Shown here: positions 1-7,400 of the stretch, piece by piece
Numbering within the stretch: position 1 is the first letter of the stretch
How the letters are laid out: each line of letters begins with the position of its first letter
Assembly: GCA_040756235.1 (NCBI GenBank)
Contig: JBFLZG010000097.1
Coordinates: 1-11,912, forward strand
Length of the DNA: 11,912 nt
Origin: a bacterium
GTDB lineage: Bacteria; Desulfobacterota; DSWW01
Direction: 5' to 3'
Notes under the pieces: generated by a model
Seen by the model: only the letters and a program-made list of their open reading frames with translations
Database searches by the model: none
Told to the model about the DNA's origin: nothing
Translations under genes and position numbers: made by a program

Positions 1-161
1 TCTCCCCCACCCCTGTCACTCTAGTCGACGGGACTCAGCAGGTCGGAGCGGGGCCGCCCGGTGCAAGAAAAACGGGCGTACAGGATATTTTTGTCTTGAC
101 ACCTCTTTCTATAGAGGGATGACGGAAGGGACGTACACGATTTTGCCTGCCGAGCATCTAA

Positions 162-179
162 TTACGATAAGATTCGTAA
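162..179. promoter_or_regulatory. Inverted repeat TTACGA-N6-TCGTAA; candidate transcription-factor operator enclosing a -10-like TAAGAT
   Basis: Perfect 6-bp arms at 162-167 and 174-179 in an AT-rich patch about 40 bp upstream of the ATG at 220. The spacer (168-173) reads TAAGAT. Confidence 0.35.
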
Positions 180-219
180 GCGCCCCTCATAACCGCCTCT
201 CCAGGCACCGGGGACCGCC

Positions 220-1143
220 ATGAGACGGGTCATCGCTGTCGTCTTCGTCATCGCGGCTGCGGCCGCAGGCTACTTCGGCTACGACCGCTTTCAGAAATGG
301 CACAACCAGCAGCTCGAGCAGGCTCGGCAGGAGGAACAGCAACAGGTCCGGGCCAAGCTTGACGAGCTCGAGAACGAGGTCGCGGCCCTGCGGGAAGACC
401 TCGCGGAGCAAAAAGGCGGCCCCGCCGCCGAGGCGAAGCTGAAAGAAGTCTACGGAGACGCCACACTCCCCGTGCCGGGGCAGGACGTGAGCTGCGAAGA
501 GCTGGACAAGCAGGTCCGCGCCTTTTTCGCCTACCTCGCGCAGAAGGGCTACGGGCAGGGCCAGGCTGGCGCGGAGGACTTATACTCTGCGTTCCTCGAG
601 AGCCTCGACAGCCTGGCCGCCCATCCCCCGGCCGTCACGGCCGAGCTCAAGGATCTCGCCACCCTGACGCAGAACGTGACGCACTTCTACAAGGGCATGG
701 GCAAGGAGCGCATCAACCTGGCCCGCAGGGTCCTGAGGGACGAGCCCGAAACCCTGGAACCGGCCATGTCCACCCTCTTTCAGTGGCTCATGGCGGCAGA
801 CCGCTGCCCGGGCCAAGACGCCCGGCCTTCGCTGAAAGCCTCTTACGAGTATGCGGGCTTTTTCCTCAGCACGCTGGGCGGCCGCAGCTACCTGATTCGC
901 AGGGACTCGACCGTTCAGGCGCTGACCCAGTATTACTCCGTGCTCGTTCTGGACCGGGCCAATGACGCGGTCCTGAACCGGCACGGGATCGACATCCGGC
1001 CCCAGATCCAGGCCACGGCCCGGGACATCGCCGGCCAGCGGGGGCTCCGCTACCGGCCGCAGTACCTGGCCGAGCTGGATCGCCTCCAGGCGAAGTATGA
1101 AGCCAATCCGGGCGGCCAGCCCGAGACGGCCAGCACTCCGTAG
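220..1143 (+). CDS. Hypothetical membrane-anchored protein with N-terminal TM/signal anchor and coiled coil (307 aa)
   Basis: Long ORF with strong GC3 bias. MRR is followed by a hydrophobic stretch (VIAVVFVIAAAAAGYFGY), then a Q/E/L-rich heptad region (QQLEQARQEEQQQVRAKLDELENEVAALREDLAE) and a helical globular C-terminus. GGGA lies upstream of the ATG. No family recognised. Confidence 0.85.
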   Translation: MRRVIAVVFVIAAAAAGYFGYDRFQKWHNQQLEQARQEEQQQVRAKLDELENEVAALREDLAEQKGGPAAEAKLKEVYGDATLPVPGQDVSCEELDKQVRAFFAYLAQKGYGQGQAGAEDLYSAFLESLDSLAAHPPAVTAELKDLATLTQNVTHFYKGMGKERINLARRVLRDEPETLEPAMSTLFQWLMAADRCPGQDARPSLKASYEYAGFFLSTLGGRSYLIRRDSTVQALTQYYSVLVLDRANDAVLNRHGIDIRPQIQATARDIAGQRGLRYRPQYLAELDRLQAKYEANPGGQPETASTP

Positions 1144-1146
1144 CGA

Positions 1147-1163
1147 TTCTTCGTCACCCCGGC
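1147..1163 (+). repeat. Partial REP-like arm, inverted partner of 1328-1344
   Basis: TTCTTCGTCACCCCGGC matches the reverse complement of 1328-1344 (GCCGGGGTGACGGAGAA) at 16/17 positions. It starts 3 nt after the stop codon of the 220-1143 gene. Confidence 0.6.
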
Positions 1164-1239
1164 TGCGTCCTATCCTTCATCCCGGCCCCGTTGCCTCAGG
1201 CATTGTAGGCAAGCTGCTTGCTGCCGCCCTTCCGGTCTT

Positions 1240-1263
1240 GTAGGGGCGACGCATGCGTCGCCC
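1240..1263 (+). repeat. GTAG-family REP element
   Basis: GTAG tetranucleotide followed directly by the perfect 20-bp palindrome GGGCGACGCATGCGTCGCCC, the canonical architecture of RAYT-associated GTAG REPs. Confidence 0.75.
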
Positions 1264-1304
1264 TTTCCGGGGGCTCGCGCCGCAGTCACCTGCAATCACG
1301 GGAT

Positions 1305-1340
1305 GCACGGACTGGACCCCGGCCTGCGCCGGGGTGACGG
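1305..1340 (+). repeat. REP-like palindromic element, family A (CTGGAyyCCGGC...GCCGGGGTGAC), copy 1
   Basis: GCACGGACTGGACCCCGGCCTGCGCCGGGGTGACGG with a CCCCGGC/GCCGGGG hairpin. Near-identical copies occur at 2627-2660 and 11135-11170. Confidence 0.8.
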
Positions 1341-1363
1341 AGAAGAAGGCTGTTGTCATATTG

Positions 1364-1407
1364 GTCATCCCGGCCCCGCCGCGTAGCGCGTGCGAGCCGG
1401 GATCCAG
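1364..1407 (+). repeat. REP-like palindromic element, family A, opposite orientation with long loop
   Basis: GTCATCCCGGC-(CCCGCCGCGTAGCGCGTGCGA)-GCCGGGATCCAG with an ATCCCGGC/GCCGGGAT stem. A close homologue lies at 10743-10787. Confidence 0.75.
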
Positions 1408-1430
1408 AAGTGTACGTCCAGTTCGTGCTT

Positions 1431-1462
1431 GGTGGACACGCCTTCGGCTTTGTCCACCCTAC
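1431..1462 (-). repeat. GTAG-family REP element (second type)
   Basis: Minus strand reads GTAG-GGTGGACA-AAGCCGAAGGCG-TGTCCACC: a GTAG head, an 8-bp stem and an inner GCC-GAA-GGC hairpin. Confidence 0.7.
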
Positions 1463-1602
1463 CGAGTGTTCACGCCGCTCGCTCGCGAGATCTGGCCCTT
1501 GCAGGCTGCCGGTGCATCTTAAGCGCCACTGCAATACATCTTCCCTCTACTCATTCAAGCGCCTAGAATATGGGCCAGCAACAGCCGGTCGGAGCTGAGG
1601 CA

Positions 1603-2595
1603 ATGTCGATCGAAGGTGACCTGCAGGAGCAAGAACGACAGCGGATCCGGGCCGCGGCGGAAAGGGCGATTTCCCGCTACATCGAGACCCGCAAGGCCAG
1701 GGTCCCCGCCTTCGTGGCGAAGCACTTCTCGTTCAGAGGCGCCCTTCGCCTCAACCGCAAGGCCCTGGGCATGGACTTGCTCAAGGGACCTGCCAACGTC
1801 TTCTGGGCCCTCCCCTATACGCTCGTAAGGGCGACTTCCGGAGTGGTGCGGCTCGCCCGCGGGAAGAGGGTCGCTTCCTACCTGGACCGACTTCCGCACG
1901 GCTTCGAGACCGAGGTGCAGAAGGAGATCACCTGGCTCATCTATACGGAGCTCCTCGAGCTCCCCTGCAGGCAGAGGGGCCGGAGCTCGGTAAGAGACGC
2001 CCTCCTGGAAGAGATCCTGAAGGAGCCGGAGGTGGCCGACCTCATCGCCCGGTATCTTTCGGAGATCAGCGCGAAGTCGGCGGACCCGGAGTTCCGGGGC
2101 GTCCTGGAGGAACATCTCAGGGAGTACGCCTCCAGCAGGACGGCGACCGCGGACCTGGCCGGGAGCGTCTTGACCCTGGCGGCGAGCTACGCGGTTTTCA
2201 AGCAGGCCGGCCCCGGCAGCTTCTTCACCGGGACCCTGGTCGCGAACACGATCGCCCAGCAGGTCGCGGTCTCGAATTTCTGGCTGGGATCCACCCTGGG
2301 GTCGTGGTACTACGGCCTCTTCCCCGCCGCCGCCTCAGCCGGTCTCCTGGCTGCTTCCATCGGAACGATCATGGCCGTCCTGGCCGTTCTGACCACCTTC
2401 GCGGGCGTGGTCGCGGACCCGCTCCAGGCCAGGTTGGGCATTCACGAGAGGCGGCTGATGAAGCTGGTGGGGAGCGTCGAAGAGGCCCTCGCCGGCTCCA
2501 CGGAGTCGACCTACCGGCTCAAGGACCAGTACGTGGCCCGCGTCTTCGACATCCTCGATCTGCTGAAGACGGCGGCCAAGGCAATGTACGGGTGA
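1603..2595 (+). CDS. DUF6635-like membrane-associated hypothetical protein (330 aa; 341 aa if the ATG at 1570 is used)
   Basis: Strong coding bias. GGAG/GAGG lies upstream of ATG 1603. Motifs recalled from DUF6635 proteins are present (RYIxxRKxRVxxFVxxHFSxxGALRL...ALGxDLLxxPxN; WLIYTELLELP; FAGVVADPLQxxLGIHxRRL), along with hydrophobic C-terminal helices. The family name comes from recall, not a search. Confidence 0.8.
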   Translation: MSIEGDLQEQERQRIRAAAERAISRYIETRKARVPAFVAKHFSFRGALRLNRKALGMDLLKGPANVFWALPYTLVRATSGVVRLARGKRVASYLDRLPHGFETEVQKEITWLIYTELLELPCRQRGRSSVRDALLEEILKEPEVADLIARYLSEISAKSADPEFRGVLEEHLREYASSRTATADLAGSVLTLAASYAVFKQAGPGSFFTGTLVANTIAQQVAVSNFWLGSTLGSWYYGLFPAAASAGLLAASIGTIMAVLAVLTTFAGVVADPLQARLGIHERRLMKLVGSVEEALAGSTESTYRLKDQYVARVFDILDLLKTAAKAMYG

Positions 2596-2626
2596 GCTCC
2601 GCTTTGCCCGGCTGCACTCAGCGGTA

Positions 2627-2660
2627 GCACGGACTGGATTCCGGCCTGCGCCGGGGTGAC
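2627..2660 (+). repeat. REP-like palindromic element, family A, copy 2
   Basis: GCACGGACTGGATTCCGGCCTGCGCCGGGGTGAC is 32/34 identical to 1305-1338. It lies 31 nt after the DUF6635-like stop codon, between convergent genes. Confidence 0.8.
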
Positions 2661-2950
2661 TCGACTGGAGGAGCGGGTTCTCGCAGCGGGGAAAGGCACC
2701 GGTTGCGTGGCGGTCGCCGGCCAGTACCTCCACTTGCGCAGGGCTTCCGGGGGGCCAAGATCTAGCACCACGAGGGCGCCCCGCCGGAGACCTTCGATGG
2801 AAATTCGAATGAGGTGCATGGCTCTGCCCCGCAACCCGCCAAGAACAAAATCCTCCCTCCGGGCCCAACCCCATGCCTGGGCCCGGAGAGCAGGCACAAG
2901 CAAGGGGAACTGCAGCAGGCCGATGCGTCAAGAGGGAGGCCCCGCGCGCC

Positions 2951-3331
2951 TCACAGGCCGCCGGGATCCCACAGAGGAAAGCGAACGAGCGCGATGTGAT
3001 GTGCTGCGAACAGCTCCGCACCGAGCCGGAGGCGAAGGGGTCGGCGCTCGGGGATTTGCGATAGAAGGGGCTCAGGCACGAAAAGGATCGTCTTCCGAGG
3101 CTCGAGCTCCGTGCCCACCGGCTCCTGGATACAGCCCTCGGCGATGAGCCGGCGGCAGGCTTCTTCCGGAATCGCCCACGCCGAGCTTGCCTCAGCCAGC
3201 ACTCGCCGCAGCCGGAACCACACCCCCTTGGCAAGGTGGCGCTGCCGGTACTCCCACGCCCGGACGGCGGCGCGGGATCGAGCCTGCCGTACCCGCCTGT
3301 GCTTCGAAGCGGTCGACGGGTGCATGCTCAT
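2951..3331 (-). CDS. Hypothetical basic protein (126 aa), translationally coupled to the upstream nucleotidyltransferase
   Basis: The start ATG overlaps the TGA of the 4059-3328 gene (ATGA, 3328-3331), with GGGGGGAAG upstream. The sequence is protein-like with an Arg-rich N-terminal helix. No family recognised. Confidence 0.75.
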   Translation of the reverse strand: MSMHPSTASKHRRVRQARSRAAVRAWEYRQRHLAKGVWFRLRRVLAEASSAWAIPEEACRRLIAEGCIQEPVGTELEPRKTILFVPEPLLSQIPERRPLRLRLGAELFAAHHIALVRFPLWDPGGL

Positions 3332-4059
3332 GGCTTCCCCCCCTGATCTTCTCCTTCGAGCGCCCGGAGCAGATCTACGATGAAGCGGCGATGCGGCTGC
3401 GGATCAGGCATGCCCGGGATCGCGTCCATCAGGGAGAGGACAGTCAGATTCGAACGGATCGAATGACGCGCTTCGGCCGTTAGGGTGCGGAAGAGGCGGC
3501 AGGTCTCTGCCAGCTCTTCCTTCCGGGCGAGCAGCAGCAAACCCAGGGCAACCAGCAGGTCCCTGTCCCCTTTAGCGCCGCTTCGTTCCGTGACGAGCTT
3601 CTCAAGCAGGAGCCCGGGGAGGGCGGGGACCGGCGCCGACACCCCTCCCACGTCCACACGACCGCCCGGCCGGAGCAGGGAAAGCGGCCCGAAGACCATC
3701 AGCGGAAGCTCGGGATCATCGACCAGGCGGCTCTCATCCACATTTTGGATCGAGAGATCGATGCCAAGGAAGTTCACCTCGAGCAATTCCTTGTCCTCGG
3801 GCAACCAGACCGAAGGCTCTTCCCGGGAGGGCCGCAAGCCCTGGATCCCGGCAAGGGCGTCCTTCAGTCTGCCGTGTACATCGAGGGGGACCCCGATATC
3901 CACATCCTGGGATACGATCAACGTCGCCGCTGCGCCGGGCTCAAGCAGGTTCGGAACCTCTGACCCCACCACGAGAACACCGGGGATGTCGAAGAGGGGC
4001 CTCAGCAGACGAAGCGTTCCGACGAGCCGCTCGCGGAACTCCATGACCCGTATCCTCAT
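3328..4059 (-). CDS. Nucleotidyltransferase-fold protein (DNA Pol-beta superfamily; AbiEii/DUF1814/GSU2403-like), 243 aa
   Basis: Motif hhhhGS-x18-DhDh (VLVVGSEVP...SQDVDIGV), a later strand LLEVNFL, and a C-terminal helical motif LLEKLVTERSGAKGDRDL resembling the K...R..KD..D region of AbiEii-type NTases. RBS GAGGAA precedes ATG 4059; an alternative start is at 4044. Confidence 0.75.
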   Translation of the reverse strand: MRIRVMEFRERLVGTLRLLRPLFDIPGVLVVGSEVPNLLEPGAAATLIVSQDVDIGVPLDVHGRLKDALAGIQGLRPSREEPSVWLPEDKELLEVNFLGIDLSIQNVDESRLVDDPELPLMVFGPLSLLRPGGRVDVGGVSAPVPALPGLLLEKLVTERSGAKGDRDLLVALGLLLLARKEELAETCRLFRTLTAEARHSIRSNLTVLSLMDAIPGMPDPQPHRRFIVDLLRALEGEDQGGKP

Positions 4060-4089
4060 CGTTCCTCGAAGGCGTGGTTCAGATCCTTT

Positions 4090-4118
4090 ATCCTAGCAGG
4101 GTCTTCCCCTGACGTCGA
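4090..4118 (-). promoter_or_regulatory. Candidate sigma70 promoter for the NTase pair: TCGACG-N17-TAGGAT with extended -10 TG
   Basis: Minus strand reads TCGACG TCAGGGGAAGACCCTGC TAGGAT, with TGn immediately before the -10 box, about 30 nt upstream of ATG 4059. Confidence 0.45.
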
Positions 4119-4406
4119 ATGCACTTCACTTGGATGGAACAAGGAGGAGTTGCCCGAACAGGGGGAAGCCATGCCCGACAGCCCCAAACACAACCACGGT
4201 CATGGCCTCGCCCCGGCTGAAGTGGGGCTCAGGAGAGACCCGCACGCGGGCTGGGTGTGGCTGGTGACGAAAAGAAATCCTGCGACCTCGGCTGCCGGAT
4301 GCTAATGCGTGGTGAGCGATCGGGTCAAGGGAGCTCGGGAGGGGTGAAGCACCGTAGCCTATGTCAGGAGGGGATATCGTGAACAGCCGATGATCTTGTG
4401 CCAGCC

Positions 4407-7400
4407 CTACAGCCCCGCCGTCTCCGGCATCCACTGCGCAAGGAAGACGGCCTTTTCGAACACCCCGCCGGCTCCGTGCGTGAGCTGTCCGTTCCTCAGG
4501 CTCAGGCCATGGTCCGTAGTGAGCGCCAGGCGGCGGCCGGCCCTGGAGCAGGCCTCCAGCACGGGCGGAAGCTGGCGATCGAGCATGTTGCGGAGCATCG
4601 CAGGCATGTCAGTGAGGCGCCTTGCACCCTCTCGGTGCGCGGCGTGGTCGAGCAGGCAGAGTCGGATGACCCACGGGGATCGTGAGGGAAGGGGCGGGAC
4701 AAGGTCGATGAGGGGCCGCTCCTCGTTCCCTGCAAGGTACCGGTAGGGAATGCCCCACGATGCGAATTCCTCGGCAGGGTCCCGATCGCGAGAGAAGCCG
4801 AAGAGCTGGTTCATGGACGGTATGGTCTTCGGTTCGACCGTCAGCCGCCGCCATGTCAGGCTGTGTGGCCGTGGTGAGGCGGCAGTGCGCGTGGCCTCGA
4901 GCCACACGTCCGGCGGGACCGCCTCCAGAAGAAGGATGCCGGGATTGTCCTTGAGATCCAGGATGGCTGCCGCGGGCAGCGTGGCCAGCCAGTCTTCGGC
5001 TGCCGCCGACAAGGCCTCCACGGCCGCCTCGGCAGCAGCCTTGAGCTCTCTCGTGGCCCAGGGGTCGAACAGGATCCGGGCCATGGGAAGGCGGCCGCAA
5101 AGCCGCTCGGGAAAGCCGGCTTGCTCGGCTTCTGAAAGCCTCTTGAGGGCTTCGAGCCGGCCGCGGATGGCCGCTGCCTCTTCGGCCGCAAGGTGCCGTG
5201 AATCCGGCGGCGGAAAAGGGGCGTCCGCACCGTAGCGGAGGACCTTCTCGGCCAGGAGAAGCCAGGCGGCCTGGGCCGCACGGGTGTGGACGGGCTCTTC
5301 GACAACGAAGCGGAACAGGCGTGCCGTTTCCAGGCGGGTGAGCCTCCGCATCAAGCCCTCTTGCGGGAACATCTGCTCGAGCTCTTGCTCCATCGCGCGC
5401 ACATCCTGCCTGCTCATCGGTCCGGCTCGAAGCTCGTCGGCGAACAGATCCGGCCGCAGCAACGGCCACAGAACGGTCCGGAAAGCGGGACGGGCCGACT
5501 GCACAGGGGTCTCACCCGTCACGGACAGAAGCGTTTCCGCACCGGCTCCGGAGGTCCACTGTTCGACGATCTCGAGGATTTTCGCGCCCGTCAGCCGCCT
5601 TCCGGAAAGCTGCTCGGTAAGGCGCTCCAGGGATCGCTCTTCCACTTCGACGCTTCCGGACAGGGCCTGCGCCAGGTCCTCGATCGTGGCTGCATCCAGA
5701 AGGTCCAGAAGGGCCGCAGGGGAACCGGTCTGCGGGTCCCTCAAGATCTCCGTGAGCCTGCGGAGCCGCTCGGTCGTCCGGCTGTCCATGTCTTTGAGGG
5801 CATAGGCCCGGATGCCCACCTGCTCCAGGACCCTGGGGTTTCGGAGGATCTCCAGGTAGGCCGCCAGGCTCGATTCCACGGCCTGCGTGATGTCCTTGAA
5901 GCGGGGCTCTTCGGTCCTGGCACCGATCTGAAACAGGCAGCCGCAAACCGGAGAACGGACCAGCTCTTCGGCCACGTTCCGCTCGCAGGGCTGAGGGGAA
6001 GGCGCGTCGATCTCGGCGAGCAGCGTTTCGAGGCCCACCGGTCGATCCAGAGGCTCGATGGCAGCCAGGCGCCTGAGCACCTCGACCGCGCGCCTGGCCC
6101 GCTTCGGGATCTCCCGCCTCCTTCGCCTGCCATGATGGGAGGCATGCCGGCCGGCATACAGGGCCGTGTAGGCCTGCCGAAAGGCGTTGAAGGCCGCGTT
6201 CAAGCGCATGCCGCCGTCCGGGACGACCAGGGTTTCCGGATGCTCCTGGATCGCGAGCACCGCCTGCCGCAGGGAGTCCACGCCTTCGTCTTCGAGTATC
6301 GCCTTCCCCACGGAGGGGTGGCGGACATAGTGACTCGAGAAGATGAAGGCATCGAGGTCGGTGGAAAAGAAGCGCTGGAACTGCTTCAGGCCGGTCACGT
6401 CCTCCGACGTGAGGCCGGAGGCGCGCCAGGCCTGCAGGAAGCATTCGAGCCCGTCGCGCGCGGCGTAGGAGGTCTTGATTCCGTCCCGGAGGCGGCCGAG
6501 CGCGTCGAGCCGGGCGCGCAGCCGCTCCCGGTCGAGCGCATCCAGGGCGGAGTATCCCGCGGTAGCGGTGAGGCCCCGCTCGATCTCCCCGGCGATCTCG
6601 GCGGCCTTTGCCTTGAAGCGGATCACGGCCTGCCAGGCCTCCTGCTGCTGGCGCACCCCGAACGATTCCCAGCTCTGTGCCGGCGCCAGGAAGGTGCATT
6701 CCGCGAGCAGGGTCCTGCGGTCCGCCTGCCCGATGAGCTCGCCCGGCGCCACGGCGTCGGCCTTGTCCAGAACGGCCATGCGCAGGGAATCCAGGGGGAC
6801 CCGCCGATCGTGGCGCAGGAGCGTGATCAGCCCGCAATGGGCCAGGGCGTTGAGCACGAATTCCGCCGTGTCCCTGGGCACACCGTATGCGCCGGACCTC
6901 AGACGCGACACGAGCTCTTCCAGCGGCGTGGCCCCGGAGGGGTTGATGAAAGAGAACACGTGCGCCAGGAAGGGATGCTCGTGGGGGTCCGGCGCAAGGA
7001 GGTAGGACCCGGCCTTGATCTCCACGAGCCCGAGCGGAGCGGCGAGGGACTCGACCAGGCTGCCCAGGCCCTTGTCCTTGGCCTCGCGCAGGGAGAGCTT
7101 GCCGTGAGCGGCCCACTCATCCAGCAGGCGCTGGTAGAGGCGGGGCGAGGGAGGGAACCCGCGCGAGGCGATATCTTTGAACTTCGGATAGCGGGCTTCG
7201 AGCAGGACCTCTCCCGCGGCCTCGACCAGTCTGTCGAAGCGCTTGAGCTGGCGCACCGCGGGATCGATCCGGATCTCGGGGCTCACGAAATCTCCCCGGT
7301 AGATCGCGCCGAGCACGACCTGGTGGGCCGCCGGATCGAGTCGCTTGAGCGCGGCCTGCGCGATCGGCACGAGCGGCGCATCGGCGGGATTGGACGGTTT

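Noticed and set aside
96..124. Perfect TTGACA as a sigma70 -35
   Set aside because: No acceptable -10 at 16-18 bp spacing (ATGACG at 17), so it is not called as a promoter.
2335..3483. Several overlapping Arg/Pro-rich ORFs (2335-3234, 2656-3147, 3111-3383, 3187-3483)
   Set aside because: Their composition is typical of non-coding frames in GC-rich DNA, and they overlap better-supported genes or repeats.
4126..4434. 102-aa minus ORF, and a 44-codon plus ORF from ATG 4171, in the gap between the NTase and ATPase genes
   Set aside because: No coding bias or recognisable motif, and the minus ORF overlaps the ATPase 3' end. Treated as intergenic.
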